DNA of 64,000 bases, from assembly GCA_031385045.1 (NCBI GenBank), contig JANNBC010000015.1, forward strand, positions 1 to 64,000, read 5' to 3'. The notes under the pieces are model-generated. The model made no database searches. It was not told the DNA's origin and saw only the letters and a list, made by a program, of their open reading frames with translations. Every line of letters begins with the position of its first letter. Position 1 is the first letter of the stretch. Origin of the DNA: a bacterium. Its GTDB lineage: Bacteria; Bdellovibrionota_C; UBA2361; CALJRW01. Of this stretch, positions 31,194 through 39,784 are shown piece after piece. Both the position numbers and the translations under genes were made by a program.

Positions 31194-31448
31194 ATGAAAA
31201 CTAAAGTAGTCCAAATTGGCAACTCTAAAGGCATTCGAATTCCTAAAAAAGTATTAGAAGAACTTGGGGGAGCAGAAGAAGTGTACATGGAAGCAAATGG
31301 TGGAAAAATAATTATTAGCCCTGTGAAGGAAGTGAGATCCGACTGGGCAAGCAAATTTAAAAAAATGGCTACTAACAAAGACGATCTACTAATTGACGAC
31401 TCTCCTAATCAGACTTCGTGGGATGAAAAGGAATGGGAATGGAAGTAA
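31194..31448 (+). CDS. mazE: AbrB/MazE-family antitoxin
   Basis: KVVQIGNSKGIRIPK; acidic WDEKEWEW tail. Confidence 0.85.
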   Translation: MKTKVVQIGNSKGIRIPKKVLEELGGAEEVYMEANGGKIIISPVKEVRSDWASKFKKMATNKDDLLIDDSPNQTSWDEKEWEWK

Positions 31449-31762
31449 GGAGGTTTGAAGTATTATTAATCAATCTAGATCCAACAATTGGACGTGAAAT
31501 AAAAAAAACTCGCCCCTGCTTAGTGATTTCACCCGATGAAATGAACAGCTATATTTCAACTATTATCGTTGCCCCAATGACAACTCAACAAAGAGTCTAT
31601 CCAACAAGAATCAAGTGTAAATTTAAATTAAAATCTTGCGACTTAGTATTAGATCAGATTCGAACCATTGATAAATCAAGAGTTATTAAAAAACTAGGAC
31701 AAATTGATTCTAAAACCCAAAACAAAGCACTTAAAGTTCTTCAAGAAATGTTTGCATATTAA
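31433..31762 (+). CDS. mazF: PemK/MazF-family toxin
   Basis: LDPTIGREIKKTRPCLVIS, APMT, LDQIRTIDKSR. Confidence 0.9.
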   Translation: MGMEVRRFEVLLINLDPTIGREIKKTRPCLVISPDEMNSYISTIIVAPMTTQQRVYPTRIKCKFKLKSCDLVLDQIRTIDKSRVIKKLGQIDSKTQNKALKVLQEMFAY

Positions 31763-31811
31763 TTTCTGAAAATATTCAGAACCAATAATTTTTACAATTT
31801 ATATTTTGTTG

Positions 31812-32305
31812 CTAGCAAATCTCGCATAACACTTGGCGTAATATCTGATAAGAAAAAAACTTAAGATCAGCAATACAATTATGATTGTGAGCATTTAGAT
31901 ATACGAGGCAAGGCATTCATGCTAAACTAGCCCCAATCATACCACTAACTCCGTCTTCAATGACTACACAATGCCTAGCATCAACATCTAAACGTTTTGC
32001 TTGATCAATAAGCTAGCGCCAGCAATCACTTTAACAGAACCGGCAATTGCTTTATCCATTAAAAGCTCTTTTCTTTTCAAGACTTCAGTAATATTAACAT
32101 TCGTTCTAGCTACTTCTTCAAATATACTTTTAAACATTACCTCATCGCTAATCCCTGAGAATCTCTTGCTAAGTTCTTCTGGATTTATCAAAATATCAAA
32201 TGACATTAACAAATCTGCTTCGACACTGGAATGAATAATTTGTGTATCTGAAATGACTCCTTCTAAGTCAAAGATTACTGCATAAGATTTATTCTGATTT
32301 TTCAT
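31812..32305 (-). pseudogene. Disrupted HAD-IA (beta-PGM-like) phosphatase
   Basis: N-terminal frame VIFDLEGVISD ends at 31988. Another frame from 32000 reads AKRLDVDARHCVVIEDGVSGMIGASLA*MPCLV (motif IV, TGA at 31919). Motif II/III segment is absent. Confidence 0.75.
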
Positions 32306-32404
32306 CTTAAAAATTTTCTCACTTAATATTAGCTAGGGCTCTCCTCAGACAAAGAGCATTGACCGAATAACAATAACTGTGCGTTAAAGAAAAACACCCT
32401 CTAT

Positions 32405-33151
32405 TTACCAAATTATTGGTTTTTTATTTGCATTAATAATCATATTAGCAATTATTGCCGCCTTTTTCTGACTAAATGACCACATATGTCTTGATAGTGG
32501 GATACATGAAGTCTCATCTAAATTAAAGTTTTCTTGAAAAATAGTATAACTAGCGGTCTCTCCCTTTTTATAAATCGCAATTTTAGTCCAAGGAGAAAAT
32601 AAAAATTCTGAGCACGTCTCAAAAAAGAAAATATTCTTCCTTATACTATCGTAGTGCTTAATAGAAATTTCCTTGCTTTCTTTAATAAATATCTCAGATA
32701 AGAATTTATATTTATTTCTGAGATCCGAAGGAATAAGTTCAGAAAGAAAAAGTGACGAGTTTTTATAATTCTCAAAGATTGCCTCCATATTTGGAAAAAT
32801 ATAAGAAATCTTCACACCACGATATGCAGCCTCTATTATATTTGCTCTTATTAGGGGATTCTCAAATTCAATGATTGCCCTAGTTGAGTGTAAATAGAAT
32901 TCATCTCCATCAACTAGATTATCAATAGCTTCTGCAATTGATCTGATGTGCACTTCGGGAGAATAATTATCATAGAACTCTTTTAAAAGCTTAGATGTTT
33001 TTTTTGGTATCTCATGATCTTCCCAATAAGAATCTTTACTTAGTCTAGATAAATATAATTCGCTAACGTGCAAATATTTTGCAATCTCTTCATTGCGAAT
33101 ACCTGCACCATTCAGATCATCAATAAGTTTTTTTGCCTCACTTGGCTTCAT
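32405..33151 (-). CDS. Putative HTH transcriptional regulator with C-terminal sensor-like domain
   Basis: GIRNEEIAKYLHVSELYLSRL resembles an XRE-type HTH; EAAYRGVKISYIF resembles TrmB/PLD-like effector domains; divergent from the next operon. Confidence 0.5.
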   Translation of the reverse strand: MKPSEAKKLIDDLNGAGIRNEEIAKYLHVSELYLSRLSKDSYWEDHEIPKKTSKLLKEFYDNYSPEVHIRSIAEAIDNLVDGDEFYLHSTRAIIEFENPLIRANIIEAAYRGVKISYIFPNMEAIFENYKNSSLFLSELIPSDLRNKYKFLSEIFIKESKEISIKHYDSIRKNIFFFETCSEFLFSPWTKIAIYKKGETASYTIFQENFNLDETSCIPLSRHMWSFSQKKAAIIANMIINANKKPIIW

Positions 33152-33239
33152 CTATTAAGAATTATTATAAAATTAAGAATTATTAATCATATTGCAGTAT
33201 CGTATAATCTTAGGCAAACCAAGAGAAAAACAATGTTAA

Positions 33240-33280
33240 TATTAGATATTTTATCTTGACTTAAGATAAAATATCTAATA
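33240..33280. promoter_or_regulatory. Perfect 18-bp inverted repeat overlapping a TTGACT hexamer
   Basis: TATTAGATATTTTATCTT-GACTT-AAGATAAAATATCTAATA. Confidence 0.75.
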
Positions 33281-33324
33281 AATCATTATAATATCAATTT
33301 TAACAATAAAGTAAGGACATTAGG

Positions 33325-34407
33325 TTGATGGATTCAGTAATTTCTTTAGATGGCCTAAGCTTTGATGATGTGAGCATTAAACCAAAGCTAATTAAGAATT
33401 CTCCTGAAATTGTTTCACTAGAAAGTGAAGTATTTAGAGGATTTTATTCAACTATTCCAGTAATTCCTGCCCCAATGAATGATATATTTTCTTCTGCACT
33501 TGCAAGCGAATTATCTCATTTTAATATTGCATGTCCATTCCCACGAGAATTTGACTATGCGCACACTAAAAATCTACCGGCTAACACTTCTCACATTCCA
33601 AGAGTTGCTACAGCAAGCCCCTTTCGCCCAGAACTTGTAAAATTCCTATTAGCTAGCCCACATTTTGATTATATTATTCTTGATAGTGTTGCCGTTTATA
33701 ATTCTAAAGTTTTTGAGCTTCTAGATTCGATTGACTCAAATCATCATCAAAAGATTATCGTTGGAAATATTGCTACGAAAGAAGCAGCAAGTGACTTTTC
33801 GCAATATCCGCTAGCAGCTTTAAAAGTTGGCTTGGGTAGTGGATCTATTTGTACAACTACTGAAATTACTGGTATAGGCATTCCACAACTTCAAGCGATA
33901 AGCGAAGTATCCTCTGTCTTAAAAGACTCTGGAATTCCTCTAATCTCAGATGGAGGAATAAGAAATACTGGTGATATAATTAAGGCGCTTGGTGCAGGTG
34001 CAAATTCTATAATGATGGGGAAATTATTTGCTGCAACTACAGAAGCTGCCAGTAAAATCTACATTCATGATGGGATAGAGTATAAAAGATATGAAGGTGC
34101 AGAATATGCTACAATCGAACTTGATCAGGAAGCTGATGTATTCAGGAAGTTAGAAGCTGACAGTTTTAAATATCTTGACAAGCATAGATCTGAAGGGGTC
34201 TCTGGTTTAATCAAACACAAAGGTCCAGTCCGATTTTTATTAGAGCATATTAAAAGATCGTGCTCCGCAGCAGTCTCTTTTGTTGGGGCAAGTAACCTAA
34301 CTGAATTTAGAAAAAATGTAGAATTTGTTAAGAGAAGTCCTGCTGCAGGTATAGAAAGTAGATCGCATGGTATTGATATAGTTTCTAAAAACAATAGATT
34401 AATTTAA
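33325..34407 (+). CDS. Divergent IMP dehydrogenase/GMP reductase-family oxidoreductase without CBS domain
   Basis: LSFDDV, GNIAT, KVGLGSGSICTT (catalytic Cys), SDGGI, KALGAGA..MMG, EGVSG. Confidence 0.85.
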   Translation: MMDSVISLDGLSFDDVSIKPKLIKNSPEIVSLESEVFRGFYSTIPVIPAPMNDIFSSALASELSHFNIACPFPREFDYAHTKNLPANTSHIPRVATASPFRPELVKFLLASPHFDYIILDSVAVYNSKVFELLDSIDSNHHQKIIVGNIATKEAASDFSQYPLAALKVGLGSGSICTTTEITGIGIPQLQAISEVSSVLKDSGIPLISDGGIRNTGDIIKALGAGANSIMMGKLFAATTEAASKIYIHDGIEYKRYEGAEYATIELDQEADVFRKLEADSFKYLDKHRSEGVSGLIKHKGPVRFLLEHIKRSCSAAVSFVGASNLTEFRKNVEFVKRSPAAGIESRSHGIDIVSKNNRLI

Positions 34408-34410
34408 AAA

Positions 34411-35127
34411 ATGATGACACAACAAGACGATAAGTCTCAACAACAAAATATACATATTAGAAGACTAGCTTCTAATGTAAAGGCGATTTACTTTGATGTT
34501 GATGGCACACTAATTGATGATTCAAACTCAGGAGGTAGTGTTTGGAAAAAAATCCATCAACTGGCTGGTGTCACAGAAGAAACTAGAGAAGAGCGTTATC
34601 AATTATATAAAGCTAAACAGCTATCATATGAAGAATGGATGCAGTTAGATATATCATCTTGGCAAAATGCTGGCATTACAAAAAAACAAATCTCATTAAT
34701 TATCTCTGAGCTAAGGTTATACGATGGTGTTAAGGATACGATTTCACGTTTATACAATGAAGGTTATAAACTTGGTATTATTTCAAGCTCAATAGATATT
34801 GGCATTTTCTCATTACTAGATCCAAATTTATTTACTGAAAAAGCGATTAACAAATTATTTTTTGATGAGGAAGGACGCATTGCATCTTGGGATACAAGCG
34901 CCTGTCGCTTAGAAGAGAAGGGTGAAATATTAAAATACTTGGCAAAATCTCAAGGGTTAACCTCAGATCAAGTAGCTTTCATAGGAAATGATTTTAATGA
35001 TATTGGCGCAGCAAATTTCGCTGGTCTCTCTTTCTCTTTTAGTAGCGTATCACCTGAACTTGATAGCCTTGTTAACTTTACGGATCGAACTGGTGACATG
35101 CGAAATATTTTGAAATTTTTTATTTAA
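34411..35127 (+). CDS. HAD-IB (phosphoserine phosphatase-like) hydrolase
   Basis: FDVDGTL, IISSS, EKG, FIGNDFNDI. Confidence 0.8.
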   Translation: MMTQQDDKSQQQNIHIRRLASNVKAIYFDVDGTLIDDSNSGGSVWKKIHQLAGVTEETREERYQLYKAKQLSYEEWMQLDISSWQNAGITKKQISLIISELRLYDGVKDTISRLYNEGYKLGIISSSIDIGIFSLLDPNLFTEKAINKLFFDEEGRIASWDTSACRLEEKGEILKYLAKSQGLTSDQVAFIGNDFNDIGAANFAGLSFSFSSVSPELDSLVNFTDRTGDMRNILKFFI

Positions 35128-35295
35128 GAATTTACCATAAAACTGTATCTAGCACTAAAAACAAAGTATGTACGAATACAACCACCTAGGCATCCTGCTC
35201 AAATGAGGCAACACCTCGCCTTAATCTTTGTGCTAGTTATATCTAATACTTTTGACAGAATTTTTTATTCTCAAGGGTGCAGACTTTGTTGATTT

Positions 35296-35487
35296 CATCC
35301 CAACGCTTTAAGTGCAATCATTAACCTAACTACAGAAGTAGATAATTTATCTTACAAAATATTTGGCTCAACAGATCTACCGACTTGATCACCTTGTGCA
35401 ACGTTTACAGGAGATAGGCAAACTTTTTAGTATATCGAGCCAATTTACGAACGGGCATTCTTTAAGGCATATAGAATCAACCCATAA
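35296..35487 (+). pseudogene. Remnant of the C-terminal STDL..W domain homologous to the end of 35676..36755
   Basis: Reads HPNALSAIINLTTEVDNLSYKIFGSTDLPT*SPCATFTGDRQTF*YIEPIYERAFFKAYRINP*; aligns with QAIVDLVTENDGQKYTILRSTDLKNWVPCSEHIGDGSKHTYTESISAQAYF. Confidence 0.75.
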
Positions 35488-35591
35488 TTATAATCCCGAA
35501 TTATCCTCTGTAAAATCAAAGAGTTAGTCTGGCTACTTCTTAAGACTAAAAGAACCATTAGGTCAGTCTCAAAATGATAATTAATATTTTC

Positions 35592-35635
35592 TAACATTGT
35601 TTTGATTGACTAGCATAACCAATAGGAAGAGAATC
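35592..35635 (+). promoter_or_regulatory. Sigma70-type promoter, copy 1 of a duplicated pair
   Basis: TAACATTGTT-N4-TTGACT-N17-GAGAAT; near-identical to 36894-36937. Confidence 0.65.
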
Positions 35636-35675
35636 AGCTTTTATTTAATTCTCTGGCTTAGTTCAGGGTGACAAT

Positions 35676-36755
35676 ATGCACAGTTATATAGGTACTTCAT
35701 CAGATGCTTCAAGTAATTTGGATGTGAAACCTGCCAATAACCATCTACCATCATTACCTCACAAAAATCCTAACTCATATCAGAGTTCAATTTCTAGAGT
35801 CTTTTCGAACAATATTACATTAATGTTGGCAGCATTAGGTGTTAGTGTTGGGAGTATGACTGCTCAAGCGACTGAAACGGTAACAGCACCAACATGGGCA
35901 TCAAAAACAACACTTCAAGGGTGTGGGGCAATTCAATCAAATTCAAACTCAGGAGGTGCGACTCGTGCTGGATTCCAAAAAACTGTTACAAATGAGCTCA
36001 AAAATGCGTCGACTATTCAAATTTCGTGGGGAATTCAAGCACGGGATATTGGGTCAGGATTAAACGTATCAAATTGGAGACCCTATTTGGAAGTTCGTTC
36101 ATTGAATGGGCAAAGTTCAACTGTTGTTGCAACGATTAGGCTTAATATAAATGATTTTGTTAATTTAGATGGAACTCCTATACAGAAAACTACCATAGGA
36201 ACAACTACAACTTTTGTCCCTTCTATGGACTATGGAACATCATCAAGTGGAAAAACTAATTATGTGTTCTCTTATGCAATTAAGGGAGAAGATTTAGCTA
36301 GATTTCAAAATAGTCTTGTAATTGGACAAGAAATGGCATTTTTTCTAATCAATGAATCCAATTCAAATGAAGGAATTGCCTATACACTTGGTAGCCCAAG
36401 TGTATTAAACAAAGGAGGAAATCAATTGGCTACTTTAAATTCGGTTAACCTAGATACCCTAGCACTACCAACTATGTACAATACAGGGCTTGCTTTTGAA
36501 TTAAATGCTATCACTCACCAAGCCATAGTTACTGCAAAAGAACCTAAACTATCTATTCATACAGAATCTGGGCAAGCCATTGTGGATTTAGTCACTGAAA
36601 ACGATGGCCAAAAATACACTATTCTACGATCAACGGACCTAAAGAATTGGGTACCTTGTAGCGAGCATATTGGGGATGGCTCTAAACATACATATACTGA
36701 AAGTATATCTGCTCAAGCTTATTTTACTGTAAATAAGATCACAACAGCCCCCTAA
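35676..36755 (+). CDS. Secreted protein, paralog of 37038..37952, with a Verrucomicrobia-type Y.I..STDL..W C-terminal domain
   Basis: Signal peptide ending AQA after a long leader; shared blocks such as GAIQSN.NSGGATRAGF and MAFFLINESN; distinct C-terminal ~70 aa. Confidence 0.75.
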   Translation: MHSYIGTSSDASSNLDVKPANNHLPSLPHKNPNSYQSSISRVFSNNITLMLAALGVSVGSMTAQATETVTAPTWASKTTLQGCGAIQSNSNSGGATRAGFQKTVTNELKNASTIQISWGIQARDIGSGLNVSNWRPYLEVRSLNGQSSTVVATIRLNINDFVNLDGTPIQKTTIGTTTTFVPSMDYGTSSSGKTNYVFSYAIKGEDLARFQNSLVIGQEMAFFLINESNSNEGIAYTLGSPSVLNKGGNQLATLNSVNLDTLALPTMYNTGLAFELNAITHQAIVTAKEPKLSIHTESGQAIVDLVTENDGQKYTILRSTDLKNWVPCSEHIGDGSKHTYTESISAQAYFTVNKITTAP

Positions 36756-36893
36756 ATAGTCTAAGATGCTAATATCTTGAGACTTATTCATAAGTAAGTT
36801 AATTAACAAGCTTATCCTTTCAAGATAATCCATCAAAATAATCAAAAAAAACTTCAATTATATTGAACTAGTAAAAACAAAAATATGTTTATG

Positions 36894-36937
36894 TAACATT
36901 GTTATACTTGACTAGCATAATCAATTAACAGAGAATC
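36894..36937 (+). promoter_or_regulatory. Sigma70-type promoter, copy 2 of a duplicated pair
   Basis: TAACATTGTT-N4-TTGACT-N17-GAGAAT. Confidence 0.65.
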
Positions 36938-37037
36938 CCATTGCTTAGAAAAGTTTAAGTTATTCCTCTAACATTTGATGTTTAAAGATTTATCTATCTT
37001 TAGGAACTATTAAAGACTTAAATTTATATATTAGACT

Positions 37038-37952
37038 ATGAATACCTCAATTGACTTACACACTAAATCAACAGCTCAAAATAATAACCTGCCAACTGCA
37101 ATTAATAATCTTTCAGGAGCTGAATTAACAGCACATCTGCCTGTTAAAAATTCAATAACACGAGCGGCTCTTGGACTTACTGCGATTGTGGGCTTTGCTT
37201 TCAGTACAACAAATAATGTCGAGGCTGCAACCGTAATTATTCCAGACTGGGCCAATCAAACCGTATTACAAGGGGTAGGAGCGATTCAATCAAACATGAA
37301 TTCGGGAGGTGCAACACGTGCCGGCTTTGAGAAAATTGTCACAACAGAATTCACAAATGCTTCATCTGTTCAAGTTACATGGGGAGTTCAGGCTAGAGAT
37401 CTAGGGGCGGGTCTAAATGTTGCCGATTGGAATCCTTTGATTGAAGTTCGCTCTTTACAAAGTGGAAGCTCTACTGTTGTTGCAACAATACATCTTGATA
37501 TTCATAATTTTGTTAACATGGATGGCACTCCTATCCAAATGGTTACAACTGGAGCATCAACAACATTTGCATCTCCTGTTAATTTTAATTATGGAACTTC
37601 CTCAACTGGAAGAACTAATTATGTATTTGCATATTCATTAACTGGTGATAGCTTGACTACATTTCAGAATAGCCTTTTAGTAGGTCAAAAAATGGCATTT
37701 TTTCTAATCAACGAATCAAACACTAACTCTGGAGCCGCATATACCCTAGGAAATGCAACAGTACTGAATAATGGTGGCAATCCTTTAGCAACTTTAAATT
37801 CAGTAAATTTAAATACAACATCATTACCTACAGAATTCAATAGTACTGGGATTGCCTTTGATCTAAAAGGAATACCAGAACCATCGATAGCATTTCTCAC
37901 CACTGTTGCAATCTCACTTCTAGGACTTCGACGAAATAGAGAAAATAATTAA
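37038..37952 (+). CDS. PEP-CTERM sorting-domain protein
   Basis: Signal peptide ending VEA; C-terminus IPEPS-IAFLTTVAISLLGL-RRNR. Confidence 0.85.
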   Translation: MNTSIDLHTKSTAQNNNLPTAINNLSGAELTAHLPVKNSITRAALGLTAIVGFAFSTTNNVEAATVIIPDWANQTVLQGVGAIQSNMNSGGATRAGFEKIVTTEFTNASSVQVTWGVQARDLGAGLNVADWNPLIEVRSLQSGSSTVVATIHLDIHNFVNMDGTPIQMVTTGASTTFASPVNFNYGTSSTGRTNYVFAYSLTGDSLTTFQNSLLVGQKMAFFLINESNTNSGAAYTLGNATVLNNGGNPLATLNSVNLNTTSLPTEFNSTGIAFDLKGIPEPSIAFLTTVAISLLGLRRNRENN

Positions 37953-37957
37953 TTACA

Positions 37958-38239
37958 ATGTCACAAAAAGGGGCTGTAATTGAATATGCTGTTTTAGTAC
38001 TATTAATTGTTGCCGTTACTCTTTCCCTGACTGGATTAGGGAAAGGAATGAGAGAGCTTTTCTGTGATATCTCATATGGGTTCAATGACAAGAAGTTTAA
38101 TACAGGTAATCACGTATGGTCTGAATCTCTTAATTGTTGCATACCAACTGCTTTCCTTGATTTTTGTGATCAAGATCTAGCCGAGCTACTCGGCGAAGAT
38201 TGTCCTGCGATAGAACTACCCGAGACATGCTCAAACTAG
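37958..38239 (+). CDS. Flp/TadE-like type IVb pilin
   Basis: MSQKG|AVIEYAVLVLLIVAV; Cys-rich C-terminus. Confidence 0.65.
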   Translation: MSQKGAVIEYAVLVLLIVAVTLSLTGLGKGMRELFCDISYGFNDKKFNTGNHVWSESLNCCIPTAFLDFCDQDLAELLGEDCPAIELPETCSN

Positions 38240-39246
38240 TTATCAATATAATATTAAGCTTCTTAGTAACAAGTAACTCTTGCTTAGCAGACTCTATAGT
38301 ACAATTTACAACTAACATAAATTTACAGTCTCTAACCTTCGAAGATCAAATCACCACAAAATTTGATTCTGATAATAAATTCTCAGGCACATCAAGAACT
38401 ATTACATTACCATCGAAAGAAGATAGCGACCCGCAGATCCTTTCGGCATTTAGAAATGGGCAACCGATTAACTACACAAGCCAAAGATTTAATGGTGGGT
38501 TCTTTACTATTGCGTTAAGGGGCGATGGGTCCCTGCTTCCAAGTGGGGAATATGAGTTCAAGGTTAAGTATAAAATTGGTGCGCCGCTTAGAGTTGAAAA
38601 TAAACTAGCGATTTTAGAATGGAGTGTTAATTCCAAACTTTGGAAATTGCCAATTCAAAATATTAGTGGGAAGGTCGATCTCCCGAATGGTATCAGTAGC
38701 AAGCATATCAAACACTATGCTTATACATTAAAAGATGGGAAAAAAGATCTGACAACGGGACAGAGCGCTCTTGAAATAGCAAAAAATCAAATTACTATTA
38801 ACTATAATTGTTTGAAATCATTGGAGCCAAAAGAAGAATTTTATATTTATGTAGAATATCCAGACACCAAGATATTAAATCCAGTGATCACCGCAGATTC
38901 AGCAGAGACGATTGTAGTGAATGGTAAATCTGTTAAAATCGGCAAAAGTATTTCTGCTGAAAACCAAGCAATTCCTGAAAATAAAAATACAGAAACACCG
39001 ACTAGCTCCACAATTAAAGTCGATGGAAAAGAAATCAAGGTTGGAAAGTCAATTACTCTTGATAATGAACAGAAGGTGGCGCCAGAGCAGACTCCATCAA
39101 AAACAGTTAAGATTGATGGTCGAGAATTACGGATTGGGAATATTGTTAATCTAGAGGAGTCTCAAAAGACTACGACTTCATCAGGAACTGTCACCCCTTC
39201 TGGTAAAAAAGTAGAGGTGGGTAAAAGCATTAGACTTGAAGAGTAG
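38227..39246 (+). CDS. Secreted DUF2207-like N-terminal domain protein with four C-terminal repeats
   Basis: Signal peptide; GEYEFKVKY..LEWSVNS..W..PI..ISGKVDLP resembles DUF2207; repeated T(I/V)x(V/I)xGKx(V/I)x(V/I)GKSI. Confidence 0.55.
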   Translation: MLKLVINIILSFLVTSNSCLADSIVQFTTNINLQSLTFEDQITTKFDSDNKFSGTSRTITLPSKEDSDPQILSAFRNGQPINYTSQRFNGGFFTIALRGDGSLLPSGEYEFKVKYKIGAPLRVENKLAILEWSVNSKLWKLPIQNISGKVDLPNGISSKHIKHYAYTLKDGKKDLTTGQSALEIAKNQITINYNCLKSLEPKEEFYIYVEYPDTKILNPVITADSAETIVVNGKSVKIGKSISAENQAIPENKNTETPTSSTIKVDGKEIKVGKSITLDNEQKVAPEQTPSKTVKIDGRELRIGNIVNLEESQKTTTSSGTVTPSGKKVEVGKSIRLEE

Positions 39247-39274
39247 GCTGCTCGAATCTCTGTAATAAAAGACC

Positions 39275-39571
39275 TTAACTAGCCACTCGCTTAACTGAGA
39301 GCTCTAGTAGCTCATGCATGATAGTCTGATAGGGGCGATTTTGCTTCTTTGCTAGTTTTCTTAACTTCATTAATAACTTTGGATTGATACGAAAGGCAAT
39401 CATTTGCTTCGCATTGTCACTTTGCGGACGCCCTACTCTGCGAGCCATTTTTAGTTCGCGGTTTGTTAATTCAGGGATATCAGAAAAATCAATTTTCTTT
39501 TTCTTGGTAGAAATTTCTTTCTTTTCTTGATGCTTGCCTTGCGCTAATGATTCTAATTCTTTCTTGGCCAT
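39275..39571 (-). CDS. brnA: BrnA-family antitoxin
   Basis: IDFSDIPELT, RVGRP, KQMIAFRI, RPYQTIMHELL. Confidence 0.8.
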   Translation of the reverse strand: MAKKELESLAQGKHQEKKEISTKKKKIDFSDIPELTNRELKMARRVGRPQSDNAKQMIAFRINPKLLMKLRKLAKKQNRPYQTIMHELLELSVKRVAS

Positions 39572-39778
39572 TTGTCGTTATTCGATATGTAAAAACTACT
39601 ATTAAAATCCTTTTCTTAATGGACATAGCTAAACGCTTAAAGCGTTTTTCAAAAAAGAATGAGCTAAGTCTTCAAGGTGCAGTCCTTCGGAATCTAAAAA
39701 AATAGAAGCTGCTTCTTCAAACGTCATGCCATGTTTTTGATAGTTAGATTTAGCCTTGCTATCATCCCAAATAAACAT
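39489..39778 (-). pseudogene. brnT: BrnT-family toxin with a 1-nt frameshift
   Basis: MFIWDDSKAKSNYQKHGMTFEEAASIF...DLAHS, then shifted frame EKRFKRLAM...RIRIISARQASRKER; span 290 nt; shift at the T6 run 39651-39656. Confidence 0.85.
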
Positions 39779-39784
39779 AATTAA

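Noticed and set aside
33325..34407. Calling the gene guaB or guaC
   Set aside because: Several substrate- and cofactor-binding motifs deviate, so no symbol is assigned.
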